NCBI GenBank assembly: GCA_910592345.1 | Contig: CAJVPI010000358.1 | Coordinates: 1 to 33,539 of the forward strand | DNA: 33,539 nt | Reading direction: 5' to 3' | Source: Paraglomus brasilianum | Taxonomy: Eukaryota | Translations under genes and position numbers: made by a program | Notes under the pieces: model-generated | Seen by the model: the letters and a program-made list of their open reading frames with translations, nothing else | What the model was told of the DNA's origin: nothing | The model's database searches: none | Shown: positions 1-12,556 of the stretch, in pieces | Position numbering within the stretch: the stretch's first letter is position 1 | Layout: every line of letters begins with the position of its first letter

Positions 1-519
1 AACAAAATCGTTCATTTCGTACAAAGTTGAGACCAGACTTTACTCTCGAGCGATAATGATATCAATCTCTGTGTAACCTGCAACCTGGTCAGGTGGGGAT
101 TGCATTTTTTGCCACTATTCATTATAGTAAATTGTAGATTAACAATTAAACCGAAATTTTCTCTATTCTAATATGAAATTTAAAAATTTTTTGGGGGGCG
201 CTTTTTTTGGGATTTGGGTTGGGATTTAGGGTAACTTTTGTTAATAGAAGAGTATATGTGGGTTTCAGAGGCATTAAAGAGGATCCAATTTCGTTTTAAT
301 CCGATTTCGTTTTAATCTGCTACAATCAATAATGTGAGGAGATACGTACGTATCTAACAGTTACTTCGCGCCTTTTAAAGTCTCAAGTTTTACGTCACTT
401 GAATTTGCGGGTTTAGCCATATTTAGGGAACGAAAAATTTAATTTGAAGAGAATTTATCAGTGATGGGTCAATTAAACCCAGTTCTTTAGTTATATATAT
501 TGAAATCTTCAACAAAAAG

Positions 520-633
520 TGGCATGTTATAATGACCTGATAAGAAAGTGTTATATTATTCGAAAAATGGCGTGTTATATGACCTGATTTTTAAAGACAA
601 TGGTATTTATGCTGTTGTGTTACTCAGGTCATA
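520..633. repeat. Short imperfect direct repeats plus a partial inverted copy, probably TE subterminal debris
   Basis: TGGCATGTTATAATGACCTGAT (520-541), TGGCGTGTTATATGACCTGAT (568-588) and the inverted core TCAGGTCATA (624-633). Confidence 0.5.
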
Positions 634-1331
634 AGTCAAGATGAACGAACGACAAAGTTCTGGTGACAAATGAGCATTTAAGGACATGCTACATAAAGTG
701 CAGTCATGTCGCGTCTATCTTTTCGAAGAAGTTCATGGTAAAAAGACCAATTTCTAAGCGGCTAAAGCTGCGGGATGTACTAAAAAGAATTCATCATAAA
801 TGCGTAGGAGAATGCTCAAGATCTTGCTTAAGAATTCCGATCATCGTAGACTATTCGTTTACTTGACAATATTATGGGCTCATGTAACTTAATCAATTAA
901 ATACTATTAGTTAGTGGTAATAGTAATAGGTTGCAGATGGCGTAAATATTGCTGATGTCATTTTTCGCAGTGGTCAGCGTCTATTTTAGCGTGTGAAAAG
1001 TTGCAGGTTAAGAACTGGATAAAGCGATTTATCATATTTGATGAGCATTCGGATTGATGTCCGGGTAAATATAATTGCAAACAACCGGGACTAACATTTG
1101 ACTATAATCCGAAGACATTACTATTACTATGGTTGAGCGCACGCACATTAGGTTTATTGCTATTATTAACCGCGAATCTTTTGGTAAAATTTTCATGATT
1201 TCCTATTACGCAACGCGTTCTTTGGATAGCAGACAATGTTTGAAATCTGATGATTTATTGTTATTGTATACTATTACGATAAAGGATAATTATTGTTCGG
1301 ATAATAAATTTGGGATTTACCGCGTTATTGT

Positions 1332-1352
1332 TACAGTGGACCCTCTCTAAAT
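1332..1352 (+). mobile_element. Solo TIR-like remnant related to the MITE at 17965
   Basis: TACAGTGGACCCTCTCTAA differs by one base from the MITE end TACAGTGAACCCTCTCTAA. I found no partner TIR nearby. Confidence 0.5.
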
Positions 1353-1635
1353 GCAGCAACCAGTTCAATCCCAAGCTTGTAAGATCAGTACCGTTATAAA
1401 AGCAATGCGCCTGACAAACCGCATGCACCGAGAGATGAGAGGTCACTGTATTAGTAATTAATAGTTTGGCCCATCATCTCACACGAATTTTCTCGCTAAA
1501 TTTCGGATAATCCCAAGGACGTTTGAAACTCAATTCTCTCCTCTCTTTTCTTCAAGAAAACTGTTTACAGTCAGTCGTCTGGAACAAACACCTCATTTGT
1601 CTTTCCCAATCACTTTTCCATCTGCCTTTTCCAAT

Positions 1636-4600
1636 ATGGCTGCGCCACCAGTTCCACCTCAAAGCCAAGTTATCCTAGATCTGACTAAAAAACGGTTTCG
1701 CGACGACGATGCTCTGAAAATACGTTTACTCTCTACTGTTGACCAGAGTCAGCCAATCAGCAATCCGTGCGATCCACGACCCGAGGAGCGTTATTTGGAA
1801 TATCCATATCTATATAAGCAGGAGAAGATAATTCTAATGCCCGATCTTGTTCGACAAGCTTTGTTTAGTATCCTTTATTATCTGGGTTTTTTTCCAGCAT
1901 GAAAAGAATTTCGATTTTTATTAAACACAAAACGAGTCTTATTCTTAACTAGACTAATTGCAATCCTGTAGCAAGCACGGTTAGGCACGCATTGTGGGGC
2001 GTGTTCTCGTTACTGAATTTTGTATATTTCGTCGTGGATAACAAAGTATTCCTTTGGGAATACGAGAGAGCGTAAGTTGACAGTAAAGTGTTTTATGCGT
2101 TTTTGTGTGTGGGAATTAATTATGTAAATTAAGAAGGACTTTGTGTAGTAATCGGATACCAATGATTACGTGTTCTTTGGGTGATTGATCGAGCGTTGCG
2201 TTTTCTCTCTCTTATTAACGTGGCAAGTTATACATTTGTGCTATGATTATTGTTGGGCACAGAAATGACAACGATGCCATAGCTTATATAGATGTACCGG
2301 AACGATCTGTCACGAATGTTCAGCTTGTCAAAGCGCGACCAAGTAAGCCGAATTATTGATTATTGTATTGATCGTAATGTGGCAATGTAAATCTTATGTT
2401 ATTCTGATTATTAAAAGATTACTGGATTGATGCTATCCAGTATATTATGACTGTTGTAACTGAAGAGAAGATTCATATATGTGGTATCTCCCGTGAGAAT
2501 AAGAAGACTGCAATATACAACAGTCCCTCCGAAGTGTATCACTCGCCAACTACTTTGGCTGTAAATATGATAGTTGGTTCGGACAATGGGCGTATCTTTT
2601 TAATAGCGCAGAGTGATCTTTATGAACTGATATACCAGGTTAGAGGATGAATTTACGGTTAACGTCGTTGACTTGTGGCTTACAATTTATACAACTCTAA
2701 TTATGTAGGAGGAAGGCTGGTTTCGTCCAAGAATTTCTTTAGTAAATTTAAGGTCCAGCTCTATACTTCCAAATTGGTCAATATTTCGTAGTGGAGGTAT
2801 GTGGTATATATCTTCACATATTATTCTCCGAGTGTGTCAAAGCCTTATTTACTGATATTACCTTAAGCTGCTGTAAAGTACCTGGCGATCGATAATACGC
2901 GACGAACGTTATTCGTGTTGTTGGAAGATAATACTGTCGAGGTACTATCATTACAGCATTATCGCACTGTACTTTTTTCGTCCTAATGATGATGCTTTTG
3001 TTACTCAGATGTATTTCTTGGGACAAGATGGAAACAGCTTCATAAGCAAGGGCAGATTTGACCAAAGTTCAAGGGAGAGAATAAAAGTAAAAAGACGGAT
3101 CAGTGATAATAATTTGATGGTAACTGACCCAGGCAACTTTATTTCTATACACGCTGTCTCAAAGACAGAATCTGCTCAATATTGTCTTGTTGCGGTATCA
3201 GAATCAGGTAAACGTCAATGAAGATATTATTAAATAACTGTATATTTGACCGCATCTAAATTATAGAATCCTTAAACAATTCATAGGCCATCGATGGTAT
3301 TTCTCATGCACGAATAACTCACCCTACGCCAGTTACTTATATCCTCAACCAGTTGATTCAAGGATACGAGAACCAGATAGTATCACCTTTGCTCATATTC
3401 TTTCTCCTCCGCCCACCGATACACCTTCCACGACAACTGGTCGTTTGTCAACCAAATTCCAATTGGCTCGCTATTATCATGGTCTATTTTTCGCCAAACG
3501 GATTGATGGTGACCAGACTACGATAATTCAGACAGCCCCTAACTTTGGCGCTATTTATGAGCAGTTAGACAGAAATCAAGTTGTAGGTAATCAGTTATTA
3601 AAACATAGCAATTGTTTGGCTCTATTTAATTGTCTTTTACAGAGTATTTCTGATTTTAGGACCGAGGATCTGTTAGACATTATGAGCTCTTTTGCATTAG
3701 TACTCTTGGACCTGCTCGTAACCTGTATGAAATTACAGAGAAGTATAGTCCATTGTGCGATCCCAATAAGAATGATGCCTACTTTAACGAGTTGATAAGC
3801 CAGTTTGCAAATCCCAAAAGGAGCTTTGTTCTTTTGACAGAAAAAAGTAAGCATCTAAAACGAATGTATAGAAGAAGAATATATATACTGATTCCTTTTT
3901 TTTTTGCTATGGAATTCTATTGGCACAGGTGTTACAATATGGACAAAAATGCGCCCAGTCGATTTTTTGAGTATTTTTCTGGAACGATTTGAACAAGATT
4001 CAAATACAACTGAACTCGATAAATTCAGGCAGAAGTAAAGTATCGAACCGTGTGCTAAATGTGAAACTGTTGTCATATTTATTGAAAAGGGATGATTTTT
4101 ACCACAGCTATGGCGACGTTGAGACAAGCGCAATGTGCTTTTACATAGCTTCTCCCGCGAGCAGAAATCTATTAATGCAACTGCGTGTCAGCCCTGCTCG
4201 ACCTCCATTCACGCTGCCAGGTACTCATCTACCTAGTTGGATAATGCGTTTTATAGATGTCATAAACGAACTAAAGTGTATAAACATTCCCGATTATTGA
4301 GCAAATCCCAATTTCCCAACTGGACCAAGAGTGCTATATGAAGGCGTTTGTTTATATCTGGCGAGAACTTTGCGACCAGTCTGGAAAGAAAAAATAGTCA
4401 AGCCAAGGTAAATTTTGTTATCGAATAATTGTTCCAGTTTATTAGATGCAAATACGAATGCAACTACTTCATCGTCCTCGTAATTAGAGTTATCAAATGC
4501 TATTATTGTTATTGGTAGTCCCACAGATACTAACCCCAACAGAATGGACACAAACATACCACGCGAAGTCCTTGACGAAATCACTCCAAAAATTTTGAAG

Positions 4601-7551
4601 ACGAGATTGTTCTTGGAGACGTAAGTTTGAAGATCAGCTACGTTTTCATATAATTACATTTGGGTAACAATATTAATAATTTGATTCTTTGTAGCTATCC
4701 AGACTTTGGTATATTCCCGCAGGGTGGTGATAGAACACTTCAGGTAATTCGGGTGGATCTCTGTTTGGTTTGATTGTTTTAGTTGCTAACAGTCTAATCT
4801 TACCCTTTATATAGCAATCTCCCGATTCCTTGATTCCTCCCTATGAATTGCTAGTTAAATGCGCAGATACTATACAGTTTGTTAGGTTAATGATAGATTA
4901 CAATCTGCCCGAAATTTTGGCGAGGTAAATGATCATAACCATGGTCAATATCAACGTGTATATGTATGCTCTTTGTGACTTGACAAGACTTTTTTCTACA
5001 GTTTATCGGTGCGCAGTCGGAAGGCTATAGCTGAATCTACATATGAAGAATTAGTTACCAATAATATTGCCAGGAAGAACTGGCAAGAGCTAGTTTTGGC
5101 TATTATCAAACGGGAAAACGGTCCACATGTAATTAAGCGTGTATTTCTCGTCTATTTGTGCGATGTAAGACCCTAGAGATACACTGAATATGTTTGTCCA
5201 TGTAGGTCGACACGCTGAGTCGTGCCCTTGAGACTTACTGTAAAACTTTCTGCAATGCAGCTGATGTACAAATATTCAGGGTACGATTTATGGACGTTCA
5301 TAATATTGCTAAGATTTTCTGATTATTTAATGATGCGTTAACGTAACATTTATTGTCGATAGGCATATGAAGAGCTTCAGAATGCTAAGGTTGTTGATGG
5401 GTCAACCGCTCCCAATAGTTTATCCAAGGCTTTAGGGTATGTATTATAGCAGAATTGGTACTAGCAGTGATGCTAGATAAGTTAATGAAAACAACCAACA
5501 TTTTGTATAAATCTATTCAATTTTATTAGTTTGTTTTGTGAAGGCATTGAGAACATGACGTTTGGAACATTAGAAAGCATTTGCACGGAATTCCAGCAAT
5601 TAGGGTACCATTCGGGTATGTGCATTGTTACATATATTCGGTTCAATAAAAACTTTTGTTAACATCTTATCTTAAATTTTAGAGGCGATTACACTTGCTC
5701 TCTCTGGTGCTAACAAATTAGATGTTAGCCACAGGCAACCATATTATGACTTGGTGATAAATATAATGAGGGATGCTGACGTATTTAGCGATAGACCAAC
5801 CTGTAAGTCAGCAGCAGATCAACTGTAGCTTTCACATCAATGCTGTTATGCTAATCATTTTTACTACCCACAGATTACGATAATCAACAAAGAGATGTTG
5901 TGCTTGATACTGCTCTTACTGATGCAACTAATTTAAACGATAAGGGGTTCATTTTTACAGTATACGATGAGTTTTTCCGTGCGGGAACCATTCGTAGATT
6001 ATTTGAGGTAGTTTCTCAGTCCGTCTATTGTGACTTAACGTATATTGTATCTGTTCTTGAGTCAACGTTGCTAATTGATAAATATTCAAAATCTAGCTAC
6101 CGTACCCGTATCTTGATGAGTATTTCCAACATAACATAACTCCGGATGAAGTGGGACTAATAAAACAAGAGCTCTATTGCGATTATTGTACTATACGAAA
6201 TAATCCTGCAAAGGCAGCCGAGATCAGATATAATCTGGCGCATTCGATGGAGTTAGTTGATGACATGATTTTTTTCTAGATTGTATTTGCTACTTGTTAT
6301 TCAACATCCGCATCACGCAATGATTAACATTATTCCAATACCTGCTCAGCTTCAACATAAACTTGGATAAACGGCTTGAATATCTCAGTCGCTGTGTAGC
6401 GGATGCTCGAAGTGCGCAAATAACTACAGATACGCGCGAAATGGTAGAACGCTTACGGATGTATGAAGATGCACTGAGAGTGGCACATGTCCAGCATGAG
6501 ATTAAACTTGAACTAGAAGCACGAGGAATACGTGCAGACGAGCTTGATCAAAATTTGATCGACAGGCAGCAGGTATTAGAAGTTTACGGAACACCCATCA
6601 CTGCTTTTATTGTCCTTCGTGATTATTAATTGCCGATTATCGCTTTATATGTGAATAGCTTTTTGAAGATTATGCAGAGAAATACAATCTGCATGAAATT
6701 AAATTATCGCTTTTTAGTGCAAGTGCTCGGCCTCATATGCTTGACGTGGCGAATGTATGGAGAGAAATCATTGATAATTGTAAGTATTTTCGACTGATCA
6801 TTATTCGTATAATGTCTTAATTTGATTTACGGTTATATGACTACTTGACACATAACAATCCGACATTCAGGTCCATCATTTGATGCTGCGGCCGAAGTAG
6901 TCATCAGGTTAGGACGTAAATTTGCTCCAAGAGACTTGTATGTCTTTCCTATTGGTATGTATACTATTTAATAGTAAAAGTATGCGATACAATTCCACAA
7001 TGTTAACAACGTTTTATCGGAATACAGTGAGTATTGCGTATTATTTGATATCGTACTGCAATTTTCAAGGATACCCGCCACGTGGGTCCTTAGTTCGAGT
7101 CTTGTTGATGGCCAATGCAACTTTTCACGATATTTATGACGCATTGGATCATTTAATTAATGAGAAGGTGAGGTTTATTCTCTTTATTGTGATCATGCTG
7201 ACTGTTTATATAACTCAAATGATTCTTCAACTGTTTAGCCTCTACCTCTTCATGAGCGAGACGCTACCATATTTATGCTTGGTGAATTGGCAGAATTACT
7301 TACTCAATGGATTCAATCTGGCCAGTGAGTGTATATTACATTATAAGCTCTTCATTTGGATTCATTGCTCCCTGTAATACATTACTGACTTATCCTTCAC
7401 TTGTAGGTTGATGTATCACGACGTAAACAGAATCTTAAACAGTTACTCACGGTATTTACTAGCAGCGCAGAGCCTATCGAATGGTCCGGCAACTGGTCCT
7501 CTCGCTAATGAGTTTGCTGATATAGAAATTAAACTTAGATCATTATCATAA
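1636..7551 (+). CDS. NUP170: Nup155/Nup157/Nup170-family inner-ring nucleoporin, 28 exons, about 1210 aa
   Basis: Hand-spliced exons: 1636-1867, 1972-2071, 2263-2342, 2418-2638, 2709-2796, 2868-2941, 3009-3207, 3287-3582, 3660-3846, 3929-4034, 4108-4220, 4302-4407, 4519-4620, 4695-4743, 4815-4924, 5002-5128, 5206-5280, 5363-5436, 5530-5615, 5683-5802, 5874-6007, 6097-6251, 6350-6572, 6659-6779, 6871-6954, 7028-7167, 7239-7324, 7407-7551. Total 3633 nt, one open frame, all introns GT-AG. Family-like motifs occur in order: WGVF..VVDNKVFLWEY, GRIFL..DLYELIYQEEGWF, IDNTRRTLFVL, ESAQYCLVAVSESG, NELISQF, RPVDFL, YGDVETSAMC, LYLARTLRPVWK, FCNAADVQIFRA, LDKRLEYLSR, LFEDYA. Some boundaries may be off by a few nt. 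Confidence 0.88.
1868..1971 (+). other. Putative U12-type (minor spliceosome) GT-AG intron, intron 1 of the nucleoporin gene
   Basis: 5' splice site GTATCCTTT at 1868-1876 matches the U12 consensus RTATCCTT. A U12-like branch motif TTCTTAAC sits at 1942-1949 and the acceptor TAG ends at 1971. Removing it (phase 1) joins ..ALF-T-STVRHALWGVF in frame. Confidence 0.75.
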
Positions 7552-9441
7552 AAATAAATAAATCTATGTCTCCTGTTAGTATAGAACACTTGTATAATTC
7601 AATGGATAATTTTGGCGATAATTGTTTGTATAATGTACAGTATTAGCTGGCTTTTTCAAACGTATTGTCAATAAAAAACAGGCAAAACATTCTGTATTGA
7701 TTCAATAATATAACAAGTGATATACAGCAATTCAACTCATCCAATGCTATTCTACGTGCGGATAAAAACACTCAAAGGTTCATTTATCCTAAATAAAATA
7801 TTCACGTCAAATTTACGTGTAGTCTAGCTGATACATTTCACATGATCGACAGAACTCAAAGATCAAAGATAAGACCTGAGAAGCGTCACATGGAATAAAA
7901 TCAAAGCAAAATAGTGACAATCCCAAATCCCAGAATGACATGAATTCACGTCAAGTAAGTTATAAATCAGGTGACACAAATCCCATAATCAACACGGTAA
8001 CAAATAAAACCAAATGGCATTTTCCAGGGTTTGGGCATACATTATTAATCATTACTATGTGCAAAAATACTTGCATAGAAATGTAAAGGCTTCCTGCGAG
8101 TTTCCATGGCACATTATATTAACGCAGGGGATCATCTGAGAGCCATTTCCGTGTAATCAAAGATGGATTTGGCTTATTTCACATCTGCGACATAAAAGCT
8201 ATCAATCGAAAGTGGCGGGTGTGGATTTTAACGAGGCGAAACCCATGTTTTGTTCAGAGACTGCTTAGCACTGTATTCTACGCATCATACTGATTAAAGT
8301 TTTGATAGAAGTTTTAGTTCAACTGTTGTTGCTTCAGTATACGTCTCCTTTTGCAGGATGCAAGTTAGACTATAATATCGTAACGTTGTATAATGACGTT
8401 ACCCTTTCTTGCGAACACATATCATTGTGGTTAGGAAATCAAGTTACCATACGCAATTTTTCAGTAGTGTAAGACGTCCATCTTCTGAACACTACGCGCA
8501 AATAGGCGATAAAAAAGGAGTGAGCAAGACGATGTTATTAGTAGGAAAGTCATATCATAGACACGGAGCGACAAAGTATAGGGATACTCTGGCTTTGGGT
8601 TGAACATTTCTCCTATCACTCTAGTACTGGTGAATCTTATTAATTTTAAAGAATAGTTTCTGATTTACTTCCGAATGAGAAGTTTTGCAAATTGAATTGG
8701 CGGAACTAGACCTTATAATTATGACCTAGATTTAGTGATGATAACATTCTCAAGGCGAATGCAGATAATAAATAATAATACCAGCGAAAAATAATTTTAC
8801 TGAATGTGGCATTTTCATTTCTAATATATCGGTTTAATTAACTCTAACTTTTGTATTTAAAACAGAAACGCAAACAGGGAGTTAATGAACAGTTTTGTTC
8901 TTCTTTATGTTCACTTTGATTTTATTAATTATTGAGATCGATCTCAATTAGTATAATTATAAGTTTGTTGATTTTCGCACGTAAAGATAGGAGATAACGT
9001 TAGTCAATCCAATAAAGTAAGGCAAATCTGCTTGCAGTATTGTATTTGTTAAGACTACAACTATTACTATATTGTCTTCGCTCCCTTAACATTTGCTTCT
9101 GGTTAATAGAAAACATCTTTGGCAAATGCTTTCGCAGTAGATAGTCTTCAATAAATCTAAGAATTTCACCTCTGATTATTGAATACTAATGCCCCCAAAT
9201 GGCGGCATATAACATTAGATATAACATTTGAGGGAAAATGGTTTTGACAGCCTCAAACTGAAGACTCGAAAAAAATATTAACGCTCTTGTCCTTTTTCAT
9301 CTTTGCTTTTTCTTTTCCTCAAGTGCCTACCCGTAATTATATAAAGCAAATATGTGAAAATCACATTTACCGTACATAAAGTTCAGAACACGTGATTTTC
9401 AACGATTGTGCTAATTGGATACATAAATACATTCCGATCCC

Positions 9442-9456
9442 ACGCGTCATACGCGG
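9442..9456. promoter_or_regulatory. MCB-like (ACGCGT) cell-cycle element pair upstream of RNR1
   Basis: ACGCGT at 9442-9447 and the near-match ACGCGG at 9451-9456 lie about 80 nt before the ATG at 9526. RNR large-subunit genes are classic G1/S MBF targets in yeasts. Confidence 0.5.
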
Positions 9457-9525
9457 TATTAAACCAAATTTGCTTTTTGTCTCTTACACATTCTCGTCAC
9501 TTCTTTAATATTAATTCTGTAGGCC

Positions 9526-12500
9526 ATGTATGTCTTAAAGAGGGGTACGCTATTTCAAGGATCTAATGCAAGTGCTTTTTTTGGGGCGTATATCAAGATT
9601 CATTAACAATAATCGTACTATTTACTTGGTAGACGGTCGGAAAGAAAGTGTTGCCTTTGACAAGGTATTTGATTATGACTAAACTAATAGTACAGATAAA
9701 GCAACAAATGTATTAAAGAAAGATTACTTACTATATAGATAACAGCGCGCATTAATAAACTATGCTATGGGCTCGATACGAATTATGTTGACCCCGTTAC
9801 AGTCACCCAAAGAGTAAGCATTCCTCGCGTCAAGAAAAGGCTGCACAATACAACTTTATGTCCTTAATCAACCGCGTGTTTTTCATATTTTATTAGGTTA
9901 TATCCGGTGTTTATCAAGGAGTAACGACAGTTGAACTCGACAATTTGGCAGCGGAAACTACTGCTTACATGACAACTAAACATCCTGACTATGCCATTCT
10001 TGCAGCACGCATAGCAGTATCCAACCTTCACAAAGAAACTAAAAAGGTTTTTTCTCAAGTAATCGAAGATCTTTATCGATATATAAATCCCACTTCACAA
10101 AAACACTCGCCGATGATCTCAGACTATACTTACAATACGATAATGCGTCACTCCGACAGATTGAATTCAGCAATAATCTATGATCGCGATTATATGTACA
10201 ATTACTTTGGTTTTAAGACACTCGAGCGATCATATCTCCTGCGAATAGGCGGAAAGATCGTTGAGAGACCTCAACATATGTTGATGCGGGTCGCAGTCGG
10301 CATCCACGGAGACGACATTGAAGCTGCTATTGAGACATACAATCTGATGAGTTCCAAGTTTTTCACTCATGCATCACCTACACTATTTAATGCTGGGACA
10401 CGGAGACCTCAGTTATCAAGTTGCTTCCTGCTAACGATGAAAGATGACTCCATAGAAGGAATCTACGAAACCCTCAAAACGTGTGCAGTGATATCCAAAA
10501 CTGCTGGTGGAATTGGATTTAATATACATAATATTCGAGCCTCAGGGTCATATATCGCTGGCACTAATGGTTACTCAAATGGTATTATCCCAATGCTACG
10601 TGTATATAACAATACTGCACGATATGTCGATCAAGGTGGCAATAAGCGTCCAGGTGCATTTGCTGTTTACTTGGAGCCCTGGCATGCCGATGTTTTTGAT
10701 TTTCTAGATCTGAAAAAGAATACTGGCAAAGAAGAAGGTCGTGCTCGTGACTTATTTTATGCCCTTTGGGTACCTGATTTATTCATGAGGCGAGTTGAAT
10801 CGAATTCACATTGGAGTCTATTTGACCCCAATGAGGTGCCTGGACTAGCAGACGTCTGGGGAGAAAATTTTGACGTTAGTATAAATTTTTTACGTACCGA
10901 TTGCTGTTTATCAGTGGTTCTAGCATTTAATGATATTCATTGAACTGACACTTGTTATAATACAGCAACTGTATGAATCCTATGAACAAAAAGGTTGCGC
11001 ACGCAAAACGATTGAAGCTCAAAAGCTGTGGCATGCCATTCTCGAGTCTCAAATAGAAACCGGTACTCCATACATGCTTTACAAAGATGCATGTAACCGC
11101 AAGTCAAATCAACAGAATCTCGGTACTATAAAATGTAGCAATCTCTGTACTGAGATCATCGAATATTCGAGCCCAGACGAAGTTGCAGTATGTAATCTTG
11201 CTAGTATTGCGTTGCCAACATTTATTGATAAAGGCCAATATAACTTTAAGAGATTGCATGAGGTATGTATGCTTAACCTATAAATGAAAACGTATTGACC
11301 GTAGCATGACTTAATGTGCATTGAACTCACTTGATGTAGGTTACCAAAGTAGTGACGCGTAATTTAAATAAGATTATCGACGTCAACTTTTATCCTGTGC
11401 CTGAAGCACGTCGATCTAATATGCGACATCGCCCAATAGGCATCGGAGTTCAAGGTAAGAATCCGTCTCATTTTTGACTCTTATGAGATTGTTTTTATGA
11501 ATCATGTCGGATTAAATTGCTTTTTGGTTCTATTGTTTAAGGTCTTGCGGACGCCCTTATTTCAATGCGGATGCCCTTCGACTCCCCACATGCCAGAGAG
11601 TTAAACAGACAAATATTCGAGACCATCTACCATGGTGCACTCGAAGCTTCGTGCGAACTCGCTGAAAGTTTAGGTACTTATGAAACCTATGAAGGCTCTC
11701 CTGTATCAAAAGGCCTTCTACAGTATGATATGTGGGGTGTTGAACCGACAGATCTTTGGGATTGGGACTCGTTAAAGAAGAAGATTGCCGCTCATGGCGT
11801 CCGCAATTCGTTACTAGTTGCACCTATGCCGACTGCATCAACATCACAGATATTAGGATTCAACGAGTGTTTCGAGCCTTATACAAGTAACATTTACACC
11901 CGGCGCGCACTTGCTGGCGAGTTCCAGATTGTGAATCCTTGGTTACTCAAGGAGCTTGTTGAGATGGGATTATGGAATGAAAATATGAAGAATAGAATTA
12001 TCGCTGCTAATGGGAGTATTCAGAAAAGTACGTTAGGCTATTTTCTTGTTAATTTCAATTGTTAAGTGTCCTTACAAACTGTAACTCATGGTCACTTTTA
12101 ATATGTAGTAACAGGGATTCCGGATGAATTGAAAGCATTGTACAAAACGACATGGGAGATTTCTCAAAAAGTTATTATTGACATGGCAGCCGATCGCGGT
12201 GCCTTCATTGATCAGTCGCAAAGTCTAAACATTCACATTGCGGAACCAACCTATGCTAAATTGACTAGCATGCATTTGTGAGTATTAACTATTATTTGAT
12301 TACGTTTAATTCACCATATTCACTAATCATTCAATTTTCTAGTTACGGATGGAAGAAGGGACTAAAAACTGGGATGTATTATTTGCGAACCAAACCGGCA
12401 GCAGATGCTATCAAGGTTGATACAACGTTATGTGGTTTACGCGATTTTCCCAACATTGAGACTAACACATTATATATTACATCACAGTTTACTGTGGATC

Positions 12501-12556
12501 AAACATCCCTCAAGGAACTAGACTCTAAACCAGTGCTTCCCGTATTAGTGAAATGA
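9526..12556 (+). CDS. RNR1: Ribonucleoside-diphosphate reductase large (alpha) subunit, class Ia, 10 exons, about 770 aa, lacking the C-terminal CX2C
   Basis: Exons: 9526-9544, 9633-9664, 9739-9813, 9897-10874, 10966-11262, 11340-11454, 11542-12027, 12109-12277, 12343-12415, 12488-12556 (2313 nt, in frame). ATP-cone start [22 protein letters not shown]. Motifs present: [81 protein letters not shown]. Confidence 0.97.

Noticed and set aside
1..122. Possible first exon of a minus-strand gene leaving the window (MQSPPDQVAGYTEIDIIIAR)
   Set aside because: Too short, stops in both ATG frames unless spliced, and no recognisable homology.
2072..2262. Unusually long nucleoporin intron 2 as a snoRNA host
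   Set aside because: There is only a degenerate C-box-like ATGATTA and a 6-bp inverted repeat, with no properly placed CTGA D box or H/ACA structure.
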